Source: Felis catus (Eukaryota). From it: a DNA stretch of 64,000 nt. Made by a program: the position numbers and the translations under genes. A model generated the notes under the pieces. It saw only the letters and a list, made by a program, of their open reading frames with translations, did not search any database and was not told the origin of the DNA. The stretch spans positions 217,808,001 to 217,872,000 of the forward strand of contig NC_058368.1 in assembly GCF_018350175.1 (NCBI RefSeq), given 5' to 3'. Positions 1 to 12,274 of the stretch are shown one piece after another. How positions within the stretch are numbered: the first letter of the stretch is position 1; every line of letters starts with the position of its first letter.

Positions 1-377
1 TGAGAAGTCAAGCTCATACTGGGACAACAACAACAACAACAATAAAAAAATGTATTTACGTGTTTGATTTTGTTCAGAGGAATATTATCGTTTAAAGAAT
101 TTTAAGCATTTCATATGTCAATGTAGTATACAACTTTATGAGAAAATATAATAGAAATAGGATTTAGGAAACGCTTTAAAGATTCTCATTTTAAAAAATA
201 TTTATTCACACATGAATGTTAACTTTATTCAAAGTATTTTATGTGTACACAAAGGTAGAGAGAATGATATAATGAACCTACATGCATAACTTTAATAACA
301 CATCTTCAATAATTGTCAATCTTCTATGCTTCCACCTTTCTTTCTCCACTCAGAGTATTTTAAAGAAAACTCACACT

Positions 378-816
378 GGGGCACCTGGGTGGCTCAGTCA
401 GTTAAGTGTCCAACTTTGGCTCAGGTCATGATCTTGCTGTCTGTGAGTTCTAGCCCTATGTCAGGCTCTGTGCTGACAGCTCAGAGCCTGGAGCCTGGAG
501 CCTGGAGCGTGCTTCAGATTCTGTGTCTCCCTCTCTCTCTCTGCCCCTCCCCACTCATGCTCTGTCTCTCTCAAAAATGAATAAATGTTGGGGCGCCTGG
601 GTGGCTCAGTCGGTTGGGCGTCCGACTTTGGCTCAGGTCATGATCTCGCAGTCCGTGAGTTCGAGCCCCACGTCGGGTTCTGTGCTGACAGCTCAGAACC
701 TGGAGCCTGTTTCAGATTCTGTGTCTGCCTCTCTCTGACCCTCCCCTGTTCATGCTCTGTCTCTGTCTCAAAAACAAATAAACGTTAAAAAAAATTTTAA
801 AAAATGAATGTTAAAA
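378..816 (+). mobile_element. CAN-SINE (outer), its tail interrupted by a second SINE
   Basis: ggggcacctgggtggctcagtc head, CT-rich body. TSD tttaaagaaaa(c/a)tcaca at 359-375 and 817-833. Confidence 0.95.
590..799 (+). mobile_element. CAN-SINE (inner, younger)
   Basis: ggggcgcctgggtggctcagtcggtt head, intact B box gagttcgagccc, A-rich tail. Flanked by aataaatgtt (580-589) and aatgaatgtt (803-812). Confidence 0.95.
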
Positions 817-1001
817 TTTAAAGAAAAATCACAGACATCATATTCTTTCACTATTACTTCCATATATGTTTCTAAAGTATTCTCTTCACATAAACATAAT
901 AAATTGCCAACAAAATAAATAATAATCTCTTAATGTTCTTAAATACCCATTTGATGATGAACTTTGATCAAAAACATATTGGTATGCTTTTAGAAAATTC
1001 A

Positions 1002-1119
1002 GGGGGCACCTGAGTGGCTCAGTCGGTTGAATGACAGACTCGATTTTGGCTCAGGTCAGATCTCATGACAACACAGAGCCTACTTGGGATTCTTTCTCTC
1101 TCTCTCTCCCCCTACTCAT

Positions 1120-1157
<38 letters not shown>

Positions 1158-1180
1158 TAAATAAATAAACATTAAAAAAA
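1002..1180 (+). mobile_element. CAN-SINE with internal deletion and (TC)n
   Basis: ggggcacctgagtggctcagtcggttga head, B-box region missing, (TC)n, then aaataaataaataaacattaaaa tail. Confidence 0.9.
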
Positions 1181-1372
1181 TCAGTTCTTTGAATCAGGAT
1201 ATAACATAAAACCCAGAAAACCTGTATCTTATGTTTCGTTGATAAATAAGCATTTACTTTTTTTTTTTGTAGGATTCCTGACATCCTGCATATGGTTGAA
1301 TGCATACAAGTTTGTTTCTTTTAAATCATATTTTTAATTGTGTAATTGACCAATTTATTTGAGTACCAAAAG

Positions 1373-1515
1373 GTATCTCAAAATTAGTATGGCTAATGAC
1401 GAACTCATGATGTACACTGACCCCAATTCTGTTTCTACCATTATCTATCTCTCTTTGTTCATGGTATAATGATCTCCTTTGCTCAAGGGAAAAACTTTAG
1501 AATTATCACGAATGC
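1373..1515 (+). mobile_element. L2 fragment
   Basis: Degenerate similarity to L2 (tatctcaaaattagtatg..gaactcatgat..ttgctcaag..aaaactttagaattatc). Confidence 0.45.
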
Positions 1516-2600
1516 TCAGATAGGTCCCCTGATGATTCTGCTTCCTCTGAGGCTATCCCCAGCAGAGAATTTTTATTTTGCTCAATCCAGTGAACCATTT
1601 GATTAAAATGGAATACATTTTTAAGAATGCACAAACTTTTCCAAATAATATTTTTACATTGTCATATATTTTTCCCCCACATCACCAAGTGATGGTATGT
1701 TGCTCACAGTCTCATTCTCTATTCTTGGTTTTTTATCACTCTACATGTAATGTATAAATTAATTAATTTTGAATCATTAATTCCATTCAGTTCCTTAACT
1801 TTCCCAACTCAAATCTTTTTCATAGAAGTTAAATATAGCAGTAGTCTTAGCACAAATCTTGTTAAAACACTAATTGGCCTGTTAACATCTTTAATTCAAA
1901 TGTTGTAATCAGTAGTAACCAACTGTGAGTGCATTTTTAATAAACCAAATTTCTATGCACATGCTCCTTCTCCATTTGCTATTGGTCTTATGAAAATATT
2001 ATCTCATATTTACTTTTCTCCCCTAAAATCATTGGCTGCCTATGACCTCATTTTCCTTTTTTCCCCCATTCCTATCGTTACTGTATGTTTTATTAACTAG
2101 AATATATGCTAATAAGGCTTTCCTAAAAATATAGGAAAAGTAAACACAGTGGATTAAATAAGATAGAAGCTTATTTATTTATCACAAAAGTCATCAAACT
2201 ATAGTCACGATCAAATTCAGCAAGATACCTGCTTTGCCCAGCCTAGTCCCGAGGGAAGAAAATGTCTGAATAATAATAAACACTAATGAGCAATAGTAAA
2301 ATCTATCATAGTCTAGCTTTTTATACCTTTATTACCTCCCATGAATAACTTGCTATTATAAAGTTTCCATCATGTCACTAAATTAGATATTTATATGTGT
2401 GTATATGTGTGTACTTCAATATTATACCTTGTATTCACTTAAGAATTTTAAACTAAGACTGTCTTTTTTCCCTTGATTGCAAAATTCTAACTCATTTTGT
2501 TGATGTAGAGTAGACAGTAAATAATTAGATAGATGAGTCAAAGAACGAATGGATTGGTGTGTGTACACATGGATTGACTGATAACTTTTTGGCATTTTCT

Positions 2601-2825
2601 TTTTTTTTAATTTTTTTTTCAACGTTTTTAATTTATTTTTGGGACAGAGAGAGACAGAGCATGAACGGGGGAGGGGCAGAGAGAGAGGGAGACACAGAAT
2701 CGGAAACAGGCTCCAGGCTCCAAGCCATCAGCCCAGAGCCTGACGCGGGGCTCGAACTCACGGACCGCGAGATCGTGACCTGGCTGAAGTCGGACGCTTA
2801 ACCGACTGCGCCACCCAGGCGCCCC
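2601..2825 (-). mobile_element. Young felid CAN-SINE
   Basis: Full length, CpGs retained. Perfect 12-bp TSD ttggcattttct at 2589-2600 and 2826-2837. Confidence 0.98.
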
Positions 2826-2895
2826 TTGGCATTTTCTAATAAGTGTGTTAGTTTAACATGATGGTTCTTTTTTGTATTTCTCTCACTTAGTATTA

Positions 2896-2897
<2 letters not shown>

Positions 2898-2944
<47 letters not shown>

Positions 2945-2978
2945 TATGTATGTATATAATGTATATATATATATATAT
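2898..2978. repeat. (TA)n microsatellite with degenerate extension
   Basis: Seen directly. Confidence 0.95.
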
Positions 2979-3050
2979 TCTGTATTATTTCATAGCCATT
3001 ATAATATTATGATAAACACTGTGTATTTTCATGAGTGAATATATTAATTC

Positions 3051-3232
3051 GTCCGACTTCGGCTGAGGTCATGATCTTGCAGTTCCTGGGTTTGAGCCCC
3101 ACCTCCGGCTCTGTGCTGACAGCTCAGAGCCTAGAGCCTGCTTCAGATTCTGTCTCCCTCTCTCTCTGTTTCTCCTCTGCTTGTGCTCCGTCTTTCTCTC
3201 TCACAAAAATAAATAAACATTAAAACATTTTT
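3051..3232 (+). mobile_element. 5'-truncated CAN-SINE
   Basis: Starts at gtccgacttcggctgaggtcatgatc; ends in aaataaataaacattaaaa. Confidence 0.9.
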
Positions 3233-3234
3233 TT

Positions 3235-3403
3235 AAAGTTCTCATCACAAGAAAAAAATTGTAAATGTGTGGTGATGGATGTTAACTAGATTTATTGCGG
3301 TGATCATTCTCTGATATATACAAATATAAAATTATGTTGTACACCTGAAACTAATACAATGTTATAGGTCAAGTATATCTCAATTAAAAAAATAATTAAA
3401 AAG
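3235..3403 (+). mobile_element. L1 (L1MA/carnivore-type) 3' terminal fragment
   Basis: ttctcatcacaagaaaaaa..ggtgatggatgttaactag..tgttgtacacctgaaactaata..tatatctcaattaaaaa. Confidence 0.8.
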
Positions 3404-3744
3404 CTGTTTGCGCTCATTTTTTGTATTTTTAATTGTTTTCATGCATAGATTGCTACTTCTAAAACTGGTATTTCTGTTAAAATTTTTATAGAATTATATA
3501 TTATATGTTTGTATACATATATAATTATATTTATGTATATATTTACATACATATGTATTTAATGTATTTAATGACACACCTTGCCATGCTGATTTTTCAA
3601 ATGGATTATGAAATGTTATTATCCAATTAATAACATAAGAAAATCCACCTAGCACAACAACTCCAATAACATCAACTGTTAAAAAGGGTGGAATTCTTAG
3701 ATACCCATGCTGCAAACATTACTAAGTCAGAAAGACTTTAAAGC

Positions 3745-3945
3745 TATACTGTCCAAAAAAGTGGCCACCACGCAGAAGTAACTTTTTTACTTTAAATCTT
3801 TAAATTTAAGTTAATTAACAGTGGGTTAAGTGAAACTTCAGTTTCCTTAGTCATACTAGCTACATTTCATGTGCTCAATAGCCTTATGTGGGCACTGGCT
3901 ACCATACCAGAAAGTACAGATATAAAACATTTCCATCATTGCAGA
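3745..3945 (-). mobile_element. MER3-like hAT-Charlie DNA transposon fossil
   Basis: ctgtccaa..cagtttccttagtcatactagctacatttcatgtgctcaatagcc..ggctaccata..agatataaaacatttccatcattgcaga. Confidence 0.8.
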
Positions 3946-4040
3946 TATATATCTCTATCTCTCTCTATCTCTATCTCTATCTCTATCTCTATCTCTATCT
4001 CTATCTCTATCTCTATCTCTACATATAGATATATATCTCA
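3946..4040. repeat. (ATCTCT)n microsatellite
   Basis: Seen directly. Confidence 0.95.
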
Positions 4041-4937
4041 CATACAAAAAGCCCTACTTTTTCTTGCTTTGGTTTAAATGGTTTCTGAGTTTCATAAATA
4101 AAAAAAGTAAAAATGACATTAATGCATTTATTCTAGGTAGAATTATCATTCAGGGTCCATGAGTAATTGAGTAATTTCGGGAAAGCTTAATAAGTCAATT
4201 CCATACAATGGTGTGGGGTTGGATAGGAAAACTACAAAGGATAGCACACAACACTATTTGGCTCGTCACAACAGCTAGTTCTACTAACCCAAGGTTGAAG
4301 GTACAAGGATGACAGAAAGCAACAGCTGTATAATATCCCAGAAGATTTCAGGAAGCAGCTGTAATGGGGCTATAGCAGCCCAGTATCTGGTACCCTGACT
4401 TCCGTGTCTAGTGTGAAATGAAGATCAAAGTTCTTATTCTTTCTTGTCATCAAGCAGGTATTTTTAAATTAAACACACATACATAAATGCGAGGTGCATA
4501 CACATATGCCTGGTTAAACACAAACAGCATTTGCACAATATTCCAAAAGAATACCAATGTTTCTCAAAGAAAGCACATCATCTATTCATATTGTAGAAGA
4601 GCTACTTTTATCTAATTATAAAACAACATACTCCACACCTTAGGTAGTAGTAAGGTGCTTAGCCAAAATTTATACCCAAAGTCAAGGCAAATATTGAAAT
4701 ACAGAAGGATCTTCAGGACACATGCTCCCCTTTGATGTTTGCTCTTCTGCAAAGCCATACTCACACCTAAAAGGTGAGTAGAATGATTACAGAAGTTTTG
4801 TTTCTAGTCCCTGGACACATATCTTAAACTCCATCTGGAAGTACTGACCTTCCAAGCTAAACAATCTAGTTTTAAAGGAGGCAATATCTCTGTGTTGGTC
4901 TAGCAACCAATCCCATATTTATAATAGTGCTTCATAA

Positions 4938-4952
4938 ACACACCACACCACA

Positions 4953-5002
<50 letters not shown>
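4938..5002. repeat. (CA)n microsatellite
   Basis: Seen directly. Confidence 0.97.
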
Positions 5003-5004
<2 letters not shown>

Positions 5005-6821
5005 ATATACTCCTAGAAGGACCATGTCCTCACAATGATAATTCATATTCTAGAAATGTAGTTTCTGATTCCTCTAGAGTGTTTTTGGTTGTAAGGCTTC
5101 TATGTGCTAAAGACATTACGTAAGGAACAATTTACCACTAGTCATTCAACATGTATCTTATTTTTTATTTTTAATAATTGAAATTTACAAATACGCTAAT
5201 ATAAAATAGCTCCATTCTCTTTCATATTTAAAAATGTCCATTTATTTCAATCTTGCTCTCCTCACTCTCTCTTGTTTGTTTCTGCTCTTGCTGGTTAATT
5301 ATATACATGCTTTGTTTGCTAGTTATACTTACAAACAATGGGTTTATCAACAGATTAAGAGGGCAATTCATTTGTATAGAAGTCAGAGGAGATTGGCAGC
5401 TTTGATCTTCTGGATTTAAACAATTCCACTTTCCTCCTCTCATTCACTGTCCACTTCTCTATATAATTCTAATAATTAGTTGAGAGAGACAGCCTTTTTG
5501 TGCTGTGTGGGGCATTGCTTTCAGTAAGACCTTTAATTATTTAAGCAGATAAGGATAGAAAATGAAGGTTTTGCAACTACATCTCCTATGGCCAGGAAAT
5601 TTATACAATATCTTACTTCAATATGTTCTGTTACAATGTTTCTGTATAGACAAGCAGAGTCCTCAAGATATTATACCACTAGTTATGAGCTAATCTATTC
5701 CACTGAAGAATTTGCCATAAGTTCTCAAATTACACAATAATAGCCAATTACTCTTTGTAGTCCCTGCCTATTATATAATTCCTTTGTTATCATGCCAGAT
5801 CTTCAGAATAAGTCAGGTCAAATGACCAGCTAAGTTTCTTCCCCCAATTGAGCCTTGACCAAATTTTAAAGAATTGGTGATTGTGGGATTTTTTACTTTT
5901 ATAAATTACAGATATTTTTGTATAGACTAAAAAAAAAATCAAATGTTGACCGAGAGAATGGTCTTCATGGATCTTTTTATGGACATCTGGATAAGGTAGC
6001 TGATAAAATCCCTGCTCTGTATCATGTATTTTCCAATTTGTTCCATATTGACTTAGAAGACAGGCCATAAGGAGGCAAATCCACAGTTCATATTAATAGC
6101 TACAACTAACTTGTCATTACTTTCTACATCTAAAACCACGATAATGGATTACTACAGATGCACAAAAGGTACTGAAAGGGAAAAAAAGTGCTGCACAAAA
6201 AATGATCTAAACTAATTGGCATTCAATACTAACCTCTCTCTTCTCACACTCATGAGTCTTCAGATATACTGCAGATGAATGAATCTAAAGAAAGATCAGC
6301 TTGAGGACTCTGCTTCTAGCCAATGACCCAGTTTGACCCCTTACTGCAGGCTGGCTATCACTGTGTAACAACAGGGGCCAAGAAGCAGTAAAAGCCTCTT
6401 TTCAGCGACAGTAAAAGCATATGTGGATGACCTTTACAATAAAATCACAATAGAAACATCTGCATATATCACACTGGATAATATCTCATTTGTCAAAGCA
6501 AGTCATGTGGCTTAGCCACAGGCGAGCTCTCAGGATAAACAATCTGCCCACTTTGCAGCCAAAGCCTAATTAAAATGGCGTTGAAGTATTATTTTCCCAA
6601 AAAGATAAGAGATGGGAGAGAATGTTAATGAAGAGTAATCCAATCTATTTGGGAATTTAAATTGTATATGATGCACTTAGGTACATGGTTTAGGACACAA
6701 ATGAATTTTTTTTCTTTTGACATATGTATATATATTTTCTTCTTTTGAGATATATGCCTGACTCTTTAATAAATTTTGAATATAATTGTTAATTTAAAAT
6801 TAATTAGAAGTAAACCTCTTT

Positions 6822-6965
6822 AAATTGTAATACTATGTTTCATTTAACCTAATATATCTAAGATACTAGCATTTCATTATGTAACCAATATAAAATTTAC
6901 TATGAGATATTTTGCATTCTTGTTTTCATCCTAAGACTTTAAATCTGGTGTGCATCTTACACATA
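6822..6965. mobile_element. MER33/Charlie1-like DNA transposon fragment
   Basis: catttaacctaatatatctaagatactagcatttcattatgtaaccaatataaaa..tgagatattttgcattct..aaatctggtgtgcatcttacac. Confidence 0.7.
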
Positions 6966-6984
6966 CTGATTAAACATGATAATC

Positions 6985-7155
6985 TAATGCAGTACATATT
7001 CCTGGAGATAATCTTGTATGGCGTAAAAAAAGATATTTGGGGGACAGCTGGAAAATTTAAATGAGGTCTGTGAAATTAATGGTAGCATTGCATCAATGCT
7101 GACTTTCAGATTGGTAGGGTTGTATGGTTATAATTTATGGAGAATCTCTGGGAAA
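6985..7155 (+). mobile_element. Old L1 (L1MC/MD-like) 3' UTR fragment
   Basis: cctggagataatcttg..aaaagatatttgggggacagctggaaaattt..aatggtagcattgcatcaatgct. Confidence 0.55.
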
Positions 7156-7173
7156 GTTACTCTAGAAGTAAAC

Positions 7174-7443
7174 ATTTATTTTTATTATTTTTTATTAAGC
7201 ATTTTTATTTTTCATTATTATTTTATTATTTTTTATGTTTATTTATTCATTATTTTGAGGGAGAGGGACAGCAAGTGTGCAAATGGGAAGAGGCAGAGAA
7301 CGAGAGAGAGGGAGAATACCAAGCAGGTTCCATGCTGCCAGCACAGAGCCCAACAAAGGACTTGAACTCACGAACCGTGATATCATGGCCTGAGCTGAAA
7401 CCAAGGGTCAGAGGTTTAACTGACTGAGCCACCCCGGTGCCCC
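7174..7443 (-). mobile_element. CAN-SINE with long degenerate tail
   Basis: TSD tagaagtaaac at 7163-7173 and 7444-7454. Confidence 0.95.
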
Positions 7444-8212
7444 TAGAAGTAAACTTTTGAAGACATGTTATACATAAACATTTATTTTTAAAATTTCAAA
7501 ATTTTGCTATTTAAAACAGTCATTAGAAATGCTGATAATAATGAATTTGGTAGTCGTATTAGGTATACAGATTATAATTTATGTTGTAACAGATTTTAAC
7601 TTATAACTGGAAAAGAAGCTAAGGTTTTCATGCTGCTAATAGCAAATCATGTCATTTTAAAATATGATGTTGTTACTTCAAAACCTCCAGCCATTTCAAT
7701 TTAAAAAAATGCATTCTGTTAATAATCCAGCTGTTTCATTTTAATTACACCAAGCATCTGGATATTCTGGAACATCTGTTTGGCTTTCTGTTTTAAAACA
7801 TACAATATTAACTTTTGAATTTAACTAGTGCATTTGTCTATTAAGAAATATGGGGCCTACATAGACATGCCCATAAACTTAAACCTTTATGTACAAATTT
7901 TCCTTAAAATCTTAAATCCCAAATAAACTGATGAACGCACACAGAGCCTTTACAATTCACATTAATAACAGATTAATTATCAGTGTACATGTAGGTATAT
8001 GCTTACTATTATAAATGTATAATATTATGTATATATAACATATTATACATAATCAGGAAATACATATTTATAATTGGGGGGAATAAGGCTGTTCTAGGGA
8101 ACTAGAAGAATGGTGTCCCCTAGTTAATAAAATAAAATCTATGCCATATGTTAGAAAAAACGTTTTTGTCCTTTAAGTGACATCCACAGATTATTTCCAA
8201 GATGCTTAAACT

Positions 8213-8310
8213 GCATCACTACATGGTACACCTGAAACAAATACTACACTGTATGTTAACTTACTGGCATTTAAATAAAAACTTTTATTTTTAAATAAAA
8301 AGAAAGGAAA
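8213..8310 (+). mobile_element. Carnivore L1 3' terminal stub
   Basis: catcactacatggtacacctgaaacaaatactacactgtatgttaact..atttaaataaaaactt. Confidence 0.7.
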
Positions 8311-8804
8311 AATAAAATTATAAGTCATTTAATGATTACACATTTCATCATGTAGATACATGAAATCTGTTGATTTCTTATTGAATTTCTTACATGTAGG
8401 TACTTTTACTATTTTCAATAAACATTCAAAAAATTTCACAAACTATATAAAAAAATAAAGTTTAAATGCTAAAAGTTTAGAAACTTGACATAAAATCTCT
8501 ATTGTATTCTAATGGATACATCAAAATACAAGTCCCTAAACTATGGATGTCCCTTTAACTATAAACAAATATGAATGCAAGTTGTTAACCCCAAAAAAGT
8601 TCATAATCTTGAGTGAGCTCTTCCTTTTTAGAAGTTTTTGAAATAAAGCTAAAATAACAATAAAATGATGTAACTTCTTTTCTTATATAACTTTAATTTT
8701 CTCTATTGAGCTCAAATATTACATTTTACATATTTAATAATTTTTGATAAAATCACCATTATATTGTACCAATGATTATCTAGAAATGTACAGCATTCAC
8801 TTTG

Positions 8805-11145
8805 GAGAATATTTCCTTTATTTCTTTTTCAGATCATTTATTGTTAGTATATGGAAATGTAACTGATTTCTGGATATTGATTTTGTATCCTAAAACTTCC
8901 AAATTTGTTTACTACTTCTAACAGTTTTTGGTGGAGATTTTAGGATTTTCTATATACAAGATCATGTCATCAACAAACACACATTTATACTTTTTCCTTT
9001 GATATGTGGATGGCTTTTATTTCTGTCCTGCTTCATTGCTCTGGTTATGATTTGCAGAATTGTTGAATAGGACTGGTGAGCAACCTTATCTTTTCCTTGA
9101 TGTTAGAGGCAAAGCTTTCAACCTTTCATACTTGAGTATGAGGGCTTGTCATATCTGGTTTTTACTACACTGGGATATGTTCCTTCTATATCCAACTATT
9201 GAGAGTTTTTCTCATGAAAAGATGTTGAATTTTACCCGATACTTTTTATGTGTTTACTAAGATGATCACATGGTTTTTCTTTCATTCCATTAATGAAATT
9301 TATCACATTTATTGATTTGGATATGCTGAACTATCCTTGAGTCCCAGGGATAAATCTCACTTGATTGTGGCATATGGTTCTTTTAATGTGCTGTTGAATT
9401 CTGCTTGCTAGTATTATGTTCAGAATTTTTGCATCTGTATTCATCAGCGATATTGGCCTGTGGTTTTCTTATAGTATCCTTTTCTGGTTTTGGTATCAGG
9501 GTAATTCTGGTCTTGTAAAATAAATTTGAAAGTGTTGCCTCTTATTCACTTTTTCAGAAGAATTTGAGAAGAATTGGAATTATTATATTTTTTTAATGGT
9601 TGGTTGAATTCACACATGAAGCCATCTAGTCTTAGTTTTTATGTTGTTGGTAGGTTCTTGATTACCAATTAAATCTCCTTACTTCTTATTTGTTATTTGA
9701 GATTTTCTATTTCTTCATGATTCAGACTTGGTAGGTTGTAGAAATGTACCCATTTCTTTTAGGTTACCCAACTTGTTGGCATATAATTGTTCATAGTAAT
9801 TTTTTATGATCGTTTGTATTTCTGTGGTATCAATTGCAGTGTCTCCTCTTTCATTTGTAATTTTAGTTGAGTTGTATTTTTTCCTATGGTAAGTCTAGCT
9901 ACAAGTTTTTCAGTTTCTTTACTATGACTTTCTTTCTGCTAATTTTGTGCTTAGTTATTGTTTTTCTATTTCCTTGAGGTACAAAATTCAGGTGTTTATT
10001 TGAGATCTTTGTTTTATTTTAATATAGGCATTTATCCCTAAAAAATTTCTTGCTGACACTGCTTTGCTGAATCTCATTAATTTTTAAATTTTTTTTCAAC
10101 GTTTATTTATTTTTGGGACAGAGAGAGACAGAGCATGAACGGGGGAGGGGCAGAGAGAGAGGGAGACACAGAATCGGAAACAGGCTCCAGGCTCCGAGCC
10201 ATCAGCCCAGAGCCTGACGCGGGGCTCGAACTCCCGGACCGCGAGATCGTGACCTGGCTGAAGTAGGACGCTTAACCGACTGCGCCACCCAGGCGCCCCT
10301 AATTTTTATATATTCTGTCTCCTAATCTCTTTTGTTTCAAGATATATTTTATTTTCCTTTTGACCTCATCTTTTACCCATTGGTTGTTCATGGTGTCTTG
10401 TTTAATTACCACATATTTGTGAATTTTCCAGTTTTCTTCCAGTCATTAATATCTTGTTTCATACCACTGTAATAGAAAAATATACTTGGTATGATTTCAA
10501 TATTCAAGTTTTCTAAGACTTATTTTGTGACCTAATATGATTTATCATGGAGAATATTCCATGTGTGATTGATAAGAATGTATATTCTGCTACTGTTGGG
10601 TGAAATGTTCTGTATATATCTCTTAGGCCCATTTGTTCTAAAGTATAGTTCAAGTCTAATGTTTTTGTTGTTGTTTTGCTTCATTTTGTTTTTTATTGAT
10701 TTTTTGTTTGGATGGCCATTCATTATTGAACAGTTGGGTATTGAAGTCTACTACTATTATTATATTGTTGTCTATTATTACCTTCAGATCTGTTCATATT
10801 TGTATATTTAGTACATTTAGTATATTTAGGTGCTCTAATGCTAGGTACATGTATATTGACAATTGTTATGTCCTCTTGATGAATTGACTACTTTATCATT
10901 TTATAACAATCTTCTTCTTTTGTCAGAGGTTTTGACTTAAAGTCTATTTTGTCTGGTATAATTATAGATACCCCTGTTCTCTTTTGCTTTATTTTTGCAC
11001 ACAGATATTTTTCCATTTCTTCACTGTTAGACTATGTGTGTCCTTGAAACTGAAGTAAGTCTCCTGTACATCACATAGAGTTGACTCTTGTTTTTATTCA
11101 TTCAGCCACTCTATATTTTGATTGGAGAATTAGTGTTATTTAAAT
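8805..11145 (-). mobile_element. L1 ORF2 fragment (endonuclease to RT region), degenerate
   Basis: Continuous antisense L1 ORF2 similarity (ttctggttttggtatcagggtaat; tcccagggataaatctcacttgatt; gagaatattccatgtg; ttttgacttaaagtctattttgtctg). Many stops and indels. Confidence 0.92.
10087..10299 (-). mobile_element. Young felid CAN-SINE inserted in L1
   Basis: Full length, CpG-rich. TSD taattttta at 10078-10086 and 10300-10308. Confidence 0.98.
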
Positions 11146-12053
11146 TAACATGATTTTATTTTGTTTCTACGTAAAATATATATTATTCATCAGCAATGAG
11201 AAAGTCAGTCACCAACAAAATTATATTTATAAAATCATCTTTGGAAACAAAGGTATTTGCAGAAATAAACTAATGGAACCTAAGATAGGTATTAAAATAT
11301 GAATAACCAAATCCCACTCCTTGTGTTCATCAAATACTGAATTAATCGTAAAAAAGACCTTATTTAATGGCATTTCTAATGTTAAGAAGTTTCACTGTGT
11401 ATTTTCCAAGTATTACCCTTTATTAACAAGGAGAATTAGAAAAGAGAAAGATTTAGGAAAACACCTATAGAAGTAATAGTAAGATTTAATAACTGGAAGT
11501 CTGACATAAAGAAAACAAAGATAATAAAAACTGGAAGCTTATAAATTCAAAACCACAGAATTATGTTTCAATGTCAGAGAATATAGCCTATACAATATAT
11601 TATTTCCAAAGCATATTTCTCACTCACAGTACAGTAATAAAATTTATAATGATGACTGCAAGACATCCAAAGTATAAGTTAAATCATGTGCTACATAATT
11701 GACTTAAAAAAATCAGGAACATGGATAATATATTCAAACATTTCTTTTCAGGTAAGCCATTGATCATTAAATTACATATAATGACTTCATGGAAATTACT
11801 AAAGCATATATATAGGCTTAACAGTGTATCAAGTATCCTTATAATAACTCAGAGTTATTAATATTGTTCTTAGTTCTGAAAATCTCAAGGAATTTTTTGC
11901 ATGTTTTTAACATTTCTCTTCTACTGATAAAAACGCAAGGTAACATGATTGATAGATATCTATGCATATTGGTTAAAGCCCTACTGTGTAATGTACTCAA
12001 GAGTTTTGTGTCCAAATTAGGCTGGCAAGATACACTAACTACAGTAGTTTATA

Positions 12054-12055
12054 GT

Positions 12056-12091
<36 letters not shown>

Positions 12092-12274
12092 TTGAGGGGG
12101 TGGGAAATGAATGTGCAGGTGAGGGGAAGAAAGAGAGGGAGGGAGAGAATTCCAAACAGGCTCAGCACTGACCATGCAGAGCCTGACAATGGAGTCAAAC
12201 TCACAAACGTTCAATCATGACCTAAGCAAAATCAAGAGCCGGATGCTTAACCAGCTGAGCCACCCAGGTGCCCC
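12054..12274 (-). mobile_element. Older CAN-SINE whose tail is a (CAA)n/(TTG)n microsatellite
   Basis: TSD ta(c/g)agtagtttata at 12040-12053 and 12275-12288; (TTG)n at about 12056-12090. Confidence 0.92.

Larger units (their letters stand above)
220..1260 (-). mobile_element. Old L1 (L1MC/L1ME-like) 3' UTR fragment interrupted by three SINEs
   Basis: Degenerate match to an antisense L1MC/ME 3' end (caaaggtagagagaatgatataatgaacc; gagtattttaaagaaaa..cagacatcatatt; tttgaatcaggat). Subfamily uncertain. Confidence 0.55.

Noticed and set aside
378..470. tRNA-like A/B boxes in SINE heads
   Set aside because: tRNA-derived SINE heads followed by a CT body and A-tail; not functional tRNA genes.
326..788. 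Recurring peptides such as WVAQSVKRPTLAQVMIS in many ORFs
   Set aside because: Translations of CAN-SINE bodies, not a protein family.
5815..5827. GGTCA-aa-TGACC inverted half-sites
   Set aside because: Spacer is 2 nt rather than the 3 nt of an estrogen response element; isolated motif.
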